Below are positions 7,625-16,794 of a stretch of DNA of 64,000 nt, piece by piece (position 1 is the first letter of the stretch; each line of letters starts with the position of its first letter). The stretch comes from a virus. The stretch lies in the IMG/VR virus record IMGVR_UViG_3300045988_158973, positions 32,001-96,000 of that record. One strand, given 5' to 3'. A program made the translations under genes and the position numbers. The notes under the pieces are model-generated. The model was not told the origin of the DNA. It ran no database searches and was given only the letters and a program-made list of their open reading frames with translations.

Positions 7625-9687
7625 TACTCTTCGGTGTTACCGCCGTAGATTTCGAGGAACTTGTCGACGAATTCCTTGTTGGTGCGTTTCATTACCTCGA
7701 TTTGCGCGTCAACCTTCTTGCGGTATTCTTCCGGATCATACTCCCCGCGAAGCGAATCGCGTGCAGCCTGACGCTCGTCAGCGATTTTCTTCAACTCAGG
7801 ATGGTTGAGGAGTTCTTGGCCAACGCCCTTGTCGCGCGACTGCGGATCGGTAAGCGAATTGAGGCTCAAAGCAGCACGCTGGGCCTCCTTGTCGCCGGAT
7901 GCGATCCTTGCTTTCAGAGCGCGGGCAATGCCTTCAGGATTCTTGGCGATCATCTTGGCGTACTCAGCCGGATCAGCCCCTCTGCCGGTTTTCTTGATGA
8001 ATTTATCGGCTGCAGCGTTATCCTTCTCAGGCGAAGACTTTGTAGCTTTGTCGGCCTTGGTGCCCTTTTCAGCACTCTTCACTTCAGCCTTGGCGGCAGC
8101 ATCAGCCTTCTTACCTTGCTTGGTAGCGCTTTCCTCCTCACCGCCGATCAGCGCGTCGAGTTCCTTCTGGCCGTCCTTCGATACCTTCACGCCAGCCATC
8201 TCGAACATATTGGCGATGGTGTCGGCAATTTCGTCGTCCGTAGCGTCGGACTGAGCACCACCAGTGTCAACCGGATTTGCTTTCATGGCTGCAGCCAGCT
8301 CCTTGATGGCCTTGGCGTCGCCTTTCTGCTTTACGAAGGACTTGAAGCCTTCAGTGTCGAAGTCGGTGTCGTTTTCAGCCATGTCGTCGAAACTTTGAAC
8401 GAGGCCCTCGGCGCTGCTGACCTTACCGTCGTCGTTGGCGTCAGCGCGCATCTTGTCGAGCGTGGCTTGGCCTTTCTTCGAAAGTTCGATACCGGCTTCT
8501 TCGAAGATGTTGGCGATCTCGTCAGCGATTTCATCGTCGTTCAAATCGCTCTGAGCCGATTCAGCCTCGTCGGATGCCTTGATGGCGGCGACGAGTTCCT
8601 TGATGGCCTTGGCCTCGCCCTTGTTGTCGATGAGGCTTTCGAGCGCTGCGCCGAAGTCATCGTCTTCACCCGACTCCGAAGTGTAGGCGTCCCACTTGGC
8701 CAGAACGCTTTCACCCGACCCGCGAAGGTTGTCGAGTTCCTTCTTGGCCTCACGCGGTACGCGCGTTCCGGCCTCTTCGAACATATTCTCGATCATGTCG
8801 GCGATCTCGTCGTCAGCCAGATCACTTTGCCCGGCCTCGCTGGGCATCTTACGGATGGCGTCGGCGATTTCCTTCACGGCCTTACCGCCTTTTTCCTTCA
8901 CGAACGATTTGAACGACTTGGCGTCGAAGTCTGCATCGCCCTCAGCCATAGCGTTGAAACTGTCAACGAGCGATGCGGCGTCAGCCTTTCCGCCCTTACC
9001 CTTGGCGTCGGGATCGCCAAACTTAGACGCGGCTCCCTCAACGTCGCCGATCTCCTTCACCGTCACCGACTCGAAATTGTCCACGTCGGCGTAGGGGTAT
9101 TTGTCCACGCGGTAGCCCTCGCTGGTCTTGGTGACTACAAGGTCGAAGCCGTCTTCGTCACCGCCGATCTGCTTGATGAAGGCGTGCGAAGCGTCCTCAA
9201 CTCCGGCGTACTGCTGGAGGTCCTGATCGTCCATCTGACGGAAGCCCATGCCCTCGAACGTCGATGCCGATTTGGCGTCACCGTCAGCCAGCCCGTTACG
9301 CAGCGACGTGTCGCCGTTCTTGTTCTTGGCGCGAACGCTTACACCGCGGCGTTCCAATTCAGCGGTAGCCACCTTGCGCATTTCGGGGTCAGCCTGCGGA
9401 TCGTTGGCAACCTTCGTCAGCGCCTCCTCCGAAGCCTGACGAGCGTGGTTCTGGAGGCTGACATTTCCCTCAGGCATACCACCCTCCTGGCCTTCGCCTT
9501 CAGGGTCTTCCTTGGCGGCTTGGCCGTACTCCTGTCCCACGCGCTGCAGACGACGGTTTTGAGCGTTGTCGGTGTAGACACCGTGACGCGCTTTTTCGAT
9601 CGGCTCTTCCGCGGCCTCCTCGGGGTTGGTGAACCCTTTAAGAATTTGCTGGCGACGCGCTTCGCCGTAGTTGATAACTTCTTTCAT
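7624..9687 (-). CDS. Highly acidic 687-aa protein with three ~95-aa tandem repeats (scaffold-like or DNA-mimic-like; function unknown)
   Basis: The ORF sits directly behind conserved promoter copy i. Repeats share FD..F.SFVK.KG.AKAIKE...A.....QSD..DDEIAD.IANMFEEAG. Asp/Glu-rich throughout. Confidence 0.7.
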   Translation of the reverse strand: MKEVINYGEARRQQILKGFTNPEEAAEEPIEKARHGVYTDNAQNRRLQRVGQEYGQAAKEDPEGEGQEGGMPEGNVSLQNHARQASEEALTKVANDPQADPEMRKVATAELERRGVSVRAKNKNGDTSLRNGLADGDAKSASTFEGMGFRQMDDQDLQQYAGVEDASHAFIKQIGGDEDGFDLVVTKTSEGYRVDKYPYADVDNFESVTVKEIGDVEGAASKFGDPDAKGKGGKADAASLVDSFNAMAEGDADFDAKSFKSFVKEKGGKAVKEIADAIRKMPSEAGQSDLADDEIADMIENMFEEAGTRVPREAKKELDNLRGSGESVLAKWDAYTSESGEDDDFGAALESLIDNKGEAKAIKELVAAIKASDEAESAQSDLNDDEIADEIANIFEEAGIELSKKGQATLDKMRADANDDGKVSSAEGLVQSFDDMAENDTDFDTEGFKSFVKQKGDAKAIKELAAAMKANPVDTGGAQSDATDDEIADTIANMFEMAGVKVSKDGQKELDALIGGEEESATKQGKKADAAAKAEVKSAEKGTKADKATKSSPEKDNAAADKFIKKTGRGADPAEYAKMIAKNPEGIARALKARIASGDKEAQRAALSLNSLTDPQSRDKGVGQELLNHPELKKIADERQAARDSLRGEYDPEEYRKKVDAQIEVMKRTNKEFVDKFLEIYGGNTEE
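8143..8979 (-). repeat. Three in-frame tandem coding repeats (~285 nt each) inside 7624..9687
   Basis: aa ~237-325, ~338-415 and ~427-515 of the 687-aa protein align with each other (SDLADDEIADMIENMFEEAG / SDLNDDEIADEIANIFEEAG / SDATDDEIADTIANMFEMAG). Confidence 0.85.
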
Positions 9688-9714
9688 GGTGTTATAGGTT
9701 TATAAGTTTCATTT

Positions 9715-9760
9715 CCACTACAAAAGTACTGAATTTTCTCCAAACTACCAAGAGAACCGT
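9715..9760 (-). promoter_or_regulatory. Conserved Bacteroidota-type promoter, copy i
   Basis: Minus strand CTCTTGGTAGTTTGGAGAAAATTCAGTACTTTTGTAGTGG: TTG, 20-nt spacer, TACTTTTG (TAnnTTTG). Lies between the stop at 9760 and ATG 9687. Confidence 0.6.
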
Positions 9761-10317
9761 CAAAATTTTATGCCAAAATCCAACGTATATCCCCACTGGT
9801 CTTCAACCCTTATAGCTGAAGCGCCAACCATGAAGCGTTGACGAAAGTCGGCTCCGGCGGAGAACTTTTGCGTACCAAAGTCCACGGACGTTCCTATCTG
9901 GGCGTAGCCTTGGATGAAGGGTATTCGCTTGTCGATGATGGTGTGTTCTATCTCGTGGATGCGGATCAGCGGCTTGACGTGCGACACGGCCTCCGTAATG
10001 GCGTTACGCTGGACAGTGGCGTTGACGCGGAATTCACCGATACTGTCGTTAGAGAAGTCGAGGTGATACTCCTTGCGCGCCAGATAGTCGGCCAGTAGCG
10101 CGGCGGTGTCGATTTCACCCGGTAGGTAGATGGTGGTGTCGCGGATGATGATTTTCGGGACCGGAACCTTTACCGTATCGCGGTATTCGACCGTGTCGTG
10201 CTTTGTACGCCACCTTTCAACGACTTTAGGGGGTTCAGGGGTATAAGTACTTCGCCCGAATAAGAACGCGAGAATTAGGGCCACCAAAACGAGGATTATT
10301 TGCACTACTGTTTTCAT
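9760..10317 (-). CDS. Membrane-anchored protein (possible lysis accessory/spanin-like)
   Basis: 185 aa. N-terminal TM VVQIILVLVALILAFLF and beta-rich C-terminus. ATGA-type overlap with the upstream gene. Confidence 0.4.
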   Translation of the reverse strand: MKTVVQIILVLVALILAFLFGRSTYTPEPPKVVERWRTKHDTVEYRDTVKVPVPKIIIRDTTIYLPGEIDTAALLADYLARKEYHLDFSNDSIGEFRVNATVQRNAITEAVSHVKPLIRIHEIEHTIIDKRIPFIQGYAQIGTSVDFGTQKFSAGADFRQRFMVGASAIRVEDQWGYTLDFGIKF

Positions 10318-10814
10318 GGCCGTTTTCCGCTTTTGATCATCTCCTCGTAGGCCGTTATGGAGGCTTCGAGTTCGTTGATGCGTCGCTTGTAGTCTTCCGC
10401 CGCCTTGTTGGCTTCACGCTCCTGAGTACGGAACTCTTCCATCAGGCGGTTGTACTTATCACGGTCGGCCTGACGCTGGGCCTCATACTCGTCGCGTATT
10501 TTGATGAGTTCGTTACGAAAGTTCGTCATCATTTCGTTGGATAACTTACGTTCGTTCTGAACCTCTTGGTAGAGGTTGTTGTAGCGTTCCTTCCACCACG
10601 ACTCCTTTTTGTCCAACTCGGCCATCAGCGTATCATAACGGCCTTTCCAGAACTCTTCGCCTTTGAGGTCAGCGTCGGCTTGGCTACAACGTACTTCCTG
10701 ATCGTATTTCTTACGATCCAGCATACGCGCCACAATGGCGTAGCCAATACTGCCCACCCCGAACAGAAGCGAAATTACAGGGAAGATGGTGGTCGTGAAA
10801 AGTCCGTCAGCCAT
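10314..10814 (-). CDS. Membrane protein with N-terminal TM and long coiled coil (i-spanin-like or holin-associated)
   Basis: 166 aa. TM IFPVISLLFGVGSIGYAIVA followed by a charged heptad-like helix. Adjacent to the amidase-like gene. Confidence 0.4.
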   Translation of the reverse strand: MADGLFTTTIFPVISLLFGVGSIGYAIVARMLDRKKYDQEVRCSQADADLKGEEFWKGRYDTLMAELDKKESWWKERYNNLYQEVQNERKLSNEMMTNFRNELIKIRDEYEAQRQADRDKYNRLMEEFRTQEREANKAAEDYKRRINELEASITAYEEMIKSGKRP

Positions 10815-11376
10815 TGTGTTTCATTCTTTCGTTAATACGTATGCGAGCGGCCTTGGCGGCACGAGCATATGCGTTATAATCGTAATTAGAGCGAAGACAC
10901 CTCACAATTTCGTCAGCGAATACCCGTATAATCCCGTCGCGTGCGCTGAGGTAGGCGTCCATGTCCCCCTCGTTGGTAAGCGTAGCGGGATAGATTATGA
11001 GTTTCACCTCCGCGCTAACGCGATTGAAGAAACGATACCACTGACGGTCATACGAATCAACGAACAGAAACGACCGCCAACGAATTTGAGGCGTCAAAAT
11101 ATCGTAGTGGTTCGAAAGGTTGTAGGCAAAGTCCCGCGTTAAAGCCGGGCAAACCCGGTTCAACGTCAAACTGCACCCGTCCTTCTGGTCGGCGAAGAAG
11201 TCCACCGCCATGGCTATACCGTAGGTGCGATGTGGCCGGAAATAATTCCAAACATCGTAAGCGTTGCCGACGACCACTTCGATACGCCGCCGACGCAACT
11301 CAGCAGCCAGCGCTTGGATGAAGCGTCGAGCCTCGGCGTTGAAACGCTTGGATGTTAAATAGACCACCTTGCACAT
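10807..11376 (-). CDS. N-acetylmuramoyl-L-alanine amidase-like endolysin (Amidase_3-like, tentative)
   Basis: 189 aa. Pattern GIAMAVDFFA...KLIIYPATLTNEGDMDAYL resembles the CwlD/Amidase_3 C-terminal ...E.gF.tN..d motif. Followed by two membrane proteins. Confidence 0.4.
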   Translation of the reverse strand: MCKVVYLTSKRFNAEARRFIQALAAELRRRRIEVVVGNAYDVWNYFRPHRTYGIAMAVDFFADQKDGCSLTLNRVCPALTRDFAYNLSNHYDILTPQIRWRSFLFVDSYDRQWYRFFNRVSAEVKLIIYPATLTNEGDMDAYLSARDGIIRVFADEIVRCLRSNYDYNAYARAAKAARIRINERMKHNG

Positions 11377-11379
11377 AAC

Positions 11380-13029
11380 TTACGATTGTCGATTGAGAAT
11401 GTATTTCGTCATCAGCCAATATCCACGTTCACCTCCATAAAGCGGCATAAAGCGGCAGTTAATGAGGGTCTGATAGCTGGACGCCGACGGCGAACCAATG
11501 GTGTTCTGATATACGATAACGGGCAGCCAAGTGACATAAAGATCTCTGCGAATAATCAACTTGGCAGTATTATTAGGCATACGAACCCAAAAATCCCACA
11601 TACAATCAGTACGGATATTTTCGTAGTTTTCAGAAATAGACGGCTCCACGTTTGGTAACGTAACCGTGGCCGCATCATAAAACATACCCGGCTCAATGAA
11701 CCAATTGGTCGGGTCAGTACCTTCCCAAACGTTAACGGGATATTGCTTTTCGACTCCGTTGTTTATGAGCGACATAACGTCAACACCTAATTTAGGCTGC
11801 GTAACGCTTTGCGGACGAATACTCTGCGTACGAACCAAGCTATCAGCCACGTAGGGGACGTCATCTACTCCGCCGCCAAACAGCGAGGCCAAGTTGTTGA
11901 CGATCTTAGCAACAGCCTGATACAGATTATCCGTTGGTTTGATCTGGTACGAAGGATTAGGACTGGCCGGGAAGTCGCCTGCGTTACCACCAACAGTAAC
12001 AGCAGTAGCCTGTCCGTTGAAGTCTTGGAGGAATTTCTGAAGAATACCGATGGCCTGTTCCACGGTATCACCTGCCTGAGGATAACGCGACTTGTTCGCT
12101 GCTGGAGCATACGCAGGCGAAAGACTCATGCCGGTACTCAATTTCAGACGGTTGTACCAGCCTTGTATCTTGTTGAGGGCCGTCTTCAAATCATCCTGCG
12201 TGGTCAGGTCCTGAGGCGCGGCCACCGTAGCTGTTACGGGATTGACCTCGATCAACTTGGCGCCAAAGATCATTGCCGACGAACCGTTCTGCCAGTCGTT
12301 GATGATTTTGCTGACGTCAGCAAAAGCCTTTTCGATGGCCACATAGTCGGCCTTGTATTGCTTGTAGCCGGGGACTTGGGTATCGCCCGTCTGCTCAGAG
12401 ACGATAACGCCGTTCATCGCTGCGCTGAAGTCGAAGTACAAGCCGTTGACGAACCCTAACGAGTTCTTACTCGAATTAGACAGCAACGACTTCACCGTTC
12501 GCTTCACCAACGTAGGAATGTTGTTGATGACCCGCATGCCGTACAACACGTCTGCGAGAGCCGGGTTGTCGGTCAGCTGTTGGAACGTGTAGTTGAGTTT
12601 CGAGGTCTTTTTGTCAAACGTAGCGACGATGTTGTCGAAGAAGTAGTTGGTCGATGCCACATACTGAGTCGTCGTACCTTGGCCAGCCAAGTCTTCAACG
12701 ATGATGTTGTTGAGTTTATCGACGTACTGGATGCGCGTTTGCCCCACCACCCAGACCATGGTGTTCCACTGGGCGTCAGCGTCGCGTTTCAGGACATTGT
12801 AGAACGCAGCGATAGGTAAGCCGCCCGGAAGGTTCGCTTTATTGATAAGGTCGTTGAAATCGCCTATTTCGGACACAATCGCCTGCGACATCGGAATCCA
12901 CTGCCCGAGTGAGGCGTCGTAGTTCTTGTGGAGTTTGTCGGTGGTGTCGTACCAGATAATCGCCGGATTCGACGGTGGTGTCGTTCCGATGGATATACCT
13001 GCTACAGTTCCGACGTCAATAGTTGCCAT
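11380..13029 (-). CDS. Structural protein with tail-fibre-like N-terminus
   Basis: 549 aa. N-terminal TTPPSNPAIIWYDTTDKLHKNYDASLGQWIPM is the motif type found at N-termini of phage fibre/receptor-binding proteins. Confidence 0.4.
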   Translation of the reverse strand: MATIDVGTVAGISIGTTPPSNPAIIWYDTTDKLHKNYDASLGQWIPMSQAIVSEIGDFNDLINKANLPGGLPIAAFYNVLKRDADAQWNTMVWVVGQTRIQYVDKLNNIIVEDLAGQGTTTQYVASTNYFFDNIVATFDKKTSKLNYTFQQLTDNPALADVLYGMRVINNIPTLVKRTVKSLLSNSSKNSLGFVNGLYFDFSAAMNGVIVSEQTGDTQVPGYKQYKADYVAIEKAFADVSKIINDWQNGSSAMIFGAKLIEVNPVTATVAAPQDLTTQDDLKTALNKIQGWYNRLKLSTGMSLSPAYAPAANKSRYPQAGDTVEQAIGILQKFLQDFNGQATAVTVGGNAGDFPASPNPSYQIKPTDNLYQAVAKIVNNLASLFGGGVDDVPYVADSLVRTQSIRPQSVTQPKLGVDVMSLINNGVEKQYPVNVWEGTDPTNWFIEPGMFYDAATVTLPNVEPSISENYENIRTDCMWDFWVRMPNNTAKLIIRRDLYVTWLPVIVYQNTIGSPSASSYQTLINCRFMPLYGGERGYWLMTKYILNRQS

Positions 13030-13042
13030 TGTGCGTTGCGGT

Positions 13043-13300
13043 TTAGCGTGAATATACGTAGGTAGCGCGGTCGGCCCACACGAAATTGTAACTCATGTCG
13101 CCAATGGGGTATTCGGTGATGGTGATTCCGTCGGCGGTAGTCTCACGCTCGATGCGCCACCCGGCTTCGCCTTGGCCCGTACCGATGGGGGCATAGCCGC
13201 GGTAGATCACGCTGCCGCCGGAAGCGTCGATGATAGGCTTGGGCATAGCGTCAGCCAACAGCTGTACGATGGGCGCGGTGTTCTTCTCGTTACTCGTCAT
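13043..13300 (-). CDS. Hypothetical small protein
   Basis: 85-aa ORF overlapping the portal gene stop by 11 nt. Confidence 0.45.
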   Translation of the reverse strand: MTSNEKNTAPIVQLLADAMPKPIIDASGGSVIYRGYAPIGTGQGEAGWRIERETTADGITITEYPIGDMSYNFVWADRATYVYSR

Positions 13301-15050
13301 GGTTTATTGCTTTTTGTAAGTATTCATCGAATGCGGCCACGAGCGGATTTGCCTCACGGGCCTTCATAGTTTCTTCTTCATCGCCTTGGGCGTAGAGATC
13401 GAACGGGTTGCCGGCCTGCGCTTCATCGTCTTCCTCACCTTCGCCGCCAGCCACAGGTTCATCGGCCGGGCCGCCAGCAACCTCCATACCCATACCCGCG
13501 GCCTCTTCGAACGGGTTGCCGCCGCCCATACCACCCATCGCCTGTTGCTGTTGTTGCTTGGCGCTGAGTGCTTGCTGGATGACGGCGTTCTCGATGGTGT
13601 CGCCACCCTTTTCTTCGCCGATAGCCGGGAGGTCCCACTTCTCGCGAATCTCGTCCACGGTCTGGAAGGCTTGAAGGCGTTTGATGTCCATATCCAGCTC
13701 TTCGGAAATGGTCATTCCGTTGAGGCCCATGAATACGAATTCGAAGTCAGGGTTGATTTGCTCGACTATGAATTTGTTGAGTTTACGCTGGATGAACTTC
13801 AGCATCGGGTAGAGGCCCTTGTCCTTGGACTGCTCCATGCGCTGCTTTTGGCCATCGCCGAACGTCAGGCCGCTGCCGTTGGAACGAGAAATGTCCCACC
13901 CGATTTCCGTCGGGTCGATACAGAATACAGCACACGCGATCTTGATCAGGTATTCCATCCACGAGTTGTACTCCATATCGCGGTTGTTCTTCTGGAGATC
14001 AACCCAGTCGATATCGCCCTCAACGACGGGCGTCTTCCACGACTGCATAACGCCTGATATCATGGCCTGCCACTGCTGCTTGAACTGCTGAAGTGAAGCC
14101 TCATTGACGTTACCCTTGATCCGAAGAAGACCCTTCGGCGCTGATCCTTGAGAGAAGAAGCGGCGGTTGTATTCGTCACCCCAAAGCATCGATGTAACGA
14201 CGTTAATCAGTTCTTCCAATTCAGAGTTTCCGTACCCGTTGGCGTAGATCGACGTGGTCGGGTTGCGTATACCGAAGCACAACTCCCACGGATAGAACTG
14301 CGCCACCTTGGCTGTTTGGTACACCTGAACGTAGGCCGGATAATAGCCATCAACCTTTGGACCCCAGTTTTGGCGGTCATCCATCATAGCGCCGTCAAAA
14401 TACGGGTTGTTGTATTCACCGTCGAAGTACGATTCAGCCAACCGGAACGTCGCAGCATCGACGGCTTGAAACCGTACCAGTTTGCCGCGGCGGTTACGAA
14501 TGCACTCAAACGTCATCTGGTCGAACGTCAACGAGTCGTCAACGATTTTACGAATAAACTCGTCAAACTCGTCGCCGTCCCAAGTGGCGGTATCACCGCA
14601 ATTGAGAATGAAGTCGGTGATGGAGGCCGCAATCTTGCGGTCTTGAGAATCCATCTTCTGCTCTTGGCCGAATTTCGGTTTACGACGAATGACGAATCCC
14701 GTAGAATAGCGGTCGGCCTGTGGTTCGGCAAAGTCGGCTATTTGGTTCTTGCGGGTCTTGAGGATTGAGTTGATGATGGGGGTGCGGCTCATCCGGCGCA
14801 GTGTCTCATACGAGAGCGAAAACGGCTTATCCTTATACCCCAAAAACGAATTGAACTCCAAAGGATCGATCAAGTACGCCTTCGGGGCAACGTTAGCAGG
14901 CTTGGATTGCTGATTGAATATTTCAGCGGCTTTGAGTATATCGGACGGGTTGTCGCTGCTCAACGCACGCTCTACCAACAGCGACTTGCGTATTGTTAGA
15001 GCCTGCATGGCACGTTCCACCGATTCCAATCTTTCTTTTACACCGGACAT
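13290..15050 (-). CDS. Portal protein
   Basis: 586 aa. Core EYNRRFFSQGSAPKGLLRIKGNVNEASLQQFKQQWQAMISG is typical of HK97/SPP1-type portals. Gly/Glu-rich acidic C-terminal tail. Confidence 0.7.
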   Translation of the reverse strand: MSGVKERLESVERAMQALTIRKSLLVERALSSDNPSDILKAAEIFNQQSKPANVAPKAYLIDPLEFNSFLGYKDKPFSLSYETLRRMSRTPIINSILKTRKNQIADFAEPQADRYSTGFVIRRKPKFGQEQKMDSQDRKIAASITDFILNCGDTATWDGDEFDEFIRKIVDDSLTFDQMTFECIRNRRGKLVRFQAVDAATFRLAESYFDGEYNNPYFDGAMMDDRQNWGPKVDGYYPAYVQVYQTAKVAQFYPWELCFGIRNPTTSIYANGYGNSELEELINVVTSMLWGDEYNRRFFSQGSAPKGLLRIKGNVNEASLQQFKQQWQAMISGVMQSWKTPVVEGDIDWVDLQKNNRDMEYNSWMEYLIKIACAVFCIDPTEIGWDISRSNGSGLTFGDGQKQRMEQSKDKGLYPMLKFIQRKLNKFIVEQINPDFEFVFMGLNGMTISEELDMDIKRLQAFQTVDEIREKWDLPAIGEEKGGDTIENAVIQQALSAKQQQQQAMGGMGGGNPFEEAAGMGMEVAGGPADEPVAGGEGEEDDEAQAGNPFDLYAQGDEEETMKAREANPLVAAFDEYLQKAINHDE

Positions 15051-15087
15051 AATGTTTTTACGCGATTTGTTAACCTATAATTGGCTG

Positions 15088-15411
15088 TCAACACAACAGT
15101 TTCAAAATGTCGTTCCGTGCCGTTTGCCTGATAATCAGAGCCCGATGGACGATATCGCCCCACACAGCCACCTGATAACCATTCCACGTGAAATAGTCCG
15201 TCTGGTCGTCATACGAACCATTCCATTCACCGTCGTGACGTATATCAACGATCAAACGATCAAACCGCGCTTTTTCTTCCGTGGTGAAGGGTGTTATGAA
15301 AGTGCCGACGACTACTAATCGTGCGGCACTCGTAGACAGGTCATCGGCCATAATCTGAAAGTCGATACCCATAAAATCGCCCGTTTCAAGAGGCGTGTGA
15401 AAGGTTATCAT
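15088..15411 (-). CDS. Hypothetical protein
   Basis: 107-aa ORF. 4-nt overlap with the upstream gene. Confidence 0.45.
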   Translation of the reverse strand: MITFHTPLETGDFMGIDFQIMADDLSTSAARLVVVGTFITPFTTEEKARFDRLIVDIRHDGEWNGSYDDQTDYFTWNGYQVAVWGDIVHRALIIRQTARNDILKLLC

Positions 15412-16418
15412 TGCCCCACTAATTTACGAGTTTGAGGTTCAAATGTAGAACGCTGCTTACCTTCGCCAATACGCATTTTCCAATACTTTTGGTACTCACA
15501 CAGCCACATTTCCACCTGATGAAGCGTTATTTCTCCCACACGCGATACGCGGTAACGCCACCCGGCGCGGTCCCAGTGTAGGTATGGGAAATTACCTAAC
15601 TTCGCCAACTCGTCGCGTGATTCATCGCGCAGGCGATATATTCCATCCACCTGACGTTTCAACGACGGAAATATCAACCGCAACCCAATCGAGGCGCCAG
15701 GCCCTACGTTGGTATAGTCGTCTTGAGTAAAACGCATGAAACGACGCGTGGTGTAGCGTGATATGTAGGTGAAGTCTTGGTAAAATTCGTGAGCGATGAA
15801 TGTAGCCGATGAAGGTAAACTGCGTAAAAACCTGATGATCTGTTCGGGGGTTTCAGCCGCCAATACCGTCCGTATCAACTCACCCAAGCGCTGGTGTAAC
15901 GTGGGAACCACCAAGTGCGTGTAGCAGTAGTCGCGCGGTTTACCGGGCGTGGCCATCGAATTGATCAAATACGCCGTGGTGTAAGGGTTGTTTCCCGACG
16001 CACGGTACGCAGCTATCATCTCTGCGAAGCGATCTTCGTCGTATTGGTCGTAATCCGGAATTCCCGCCTTCCAACCATATCGTTCTTGAGCGAATTCGAA
16101 CGTTGCAGGATTATTGAAGTACCGAAACACCATCGTCTTCCAAACCAAATTCGTCAACGAAAGTAGCGGATCGAGGATGATGTTTCGTATTTGCCACTGC
16201 GAATTGCGGTCCAACTCGCGGTATACGTTGGTGAACTTATAGTCCCTTAAGATCGGATCTTCGGTCCACGGACGCGGCGCTCCATCCAAGAAGCGGCGTT
16301 TCCATATCATCTGGCGCTCGAACATCGTTCTGAAGAACTCCGAGCGGTGCTCTTCGCTCACGTCCAGCGTTTCATCAGGTAGCTTATCTGCCCACGCATA
16401 ATTATCAAAGGTCGCCAT
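15408..16418 (-). CDS. alpha-glutamyl/putrescinyl-thymine pyrophosphorylase (aGPT-Pplase)-like DNA base hypermodification enzyme (tentative)
   Basis: 336 aa. N-terminal FERQMIWKRRFLDGAPRPWTEDPILRDYKFTNVYRELDRNSQW matches my memory of the aGPT-Pplase family signature. Needs an HMM check. Confidence 0.45.
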   Translation of the reverse strand: MATFDNYAWADKLPDETLDVSEEHRSEFFRTMFERQMIWKRRFLDGAPRPWTEDPILRDYKFTNVYRELDRNSQWQIRNIILDPLLSLTNLVWKTMVFRYFNNPATFEFAQERYGWKAGIPDYDQYDEDRFAEMIAAYRASGNNPYTTAYLINSMATPGKPRDYCYTHLVVPTLHQRLGELIRTVLAAETPEQIIRFLRSLPSSATFIAHEFYQDFTYISRYTTRRFMRFTQDDYTNVGPGASIGLRLIFPSLKRQVDGIYRLRDESRDELAKLGNFPYLHWDRAGWRYRVSRVGEITLHQVEMWLCEYQKYWKMRIGEGKQRSTFEPQTRKLVGQ

Positions 16419-16719
16419 GCTGTTTACGATAGCTTCTAATTAACAATTCTCGTCGCGCTTCAACGCTCTTCCCAGTCAACCGCACCAACGTACCATCCGG
16501 AACCTTCATCAACGGACGTTTAGGAGCGTTTACAAGTCGTACCTCCCCGACGCCGAGGTTTACCCTTATGCGGCGACCGCGAATCGGTTTGAGGGACTCG
16601 CCAGTGATTAACGGACAGTAGTCGTTACCGTGAAACGCGCGTATTACAAACGTCGTCCGACCCCAAACTTCAGGGTCTGCAACGACATCACCTATTCTGA
16701 AATATTTCCATTGGTCCAT
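16405..16719 (-). CDS. Hypothetical small protein (SH3-like beta pattern)
   Basis: 104-aa ORF. 14-nt overlap with the downstream gene. Confidence 0.45.
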   Translation of the reverse strand: MDQWKYFRIGDVVADPEVWGRTTFVIRAFHGNDYCPLITGESLKPIRGRRIRVNLGVGEVRLVNAPKRPLMKVPDGTLVRLTGKSVEARRELLIRSYRKQHGDL

Positions 16720-16794
16720 ACGTTCAAAAACGTTGGCCCCGAAACGTTACCGAATCGAGGCCGCTGTCCTGACAAAATGGAAACGGAAAAGAAA

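Noticed and set aside
8143-8979. Regular ~285-nt repeats that might be mistaken for a CRISPR array or satellite
   Set aside because: The repeats are long, in-frame, diverged at synonymous positions and lie inside an intact ORF. There are no short direct repeats with unique spacers anywhere in the window.
7582-9705. 707-aa plus-strand ORF, the longest in the track
   Set aside because: It is exactly antisense to the acidic repeat gene, and its Leu/Val/Gly/Phe-rich sequence is the mirror of Glu/Asp/Lys codons. There is no promoter or neighbouring plus-strand gene. The minus-strand ORF has a promoter, repeats and sensible composition.
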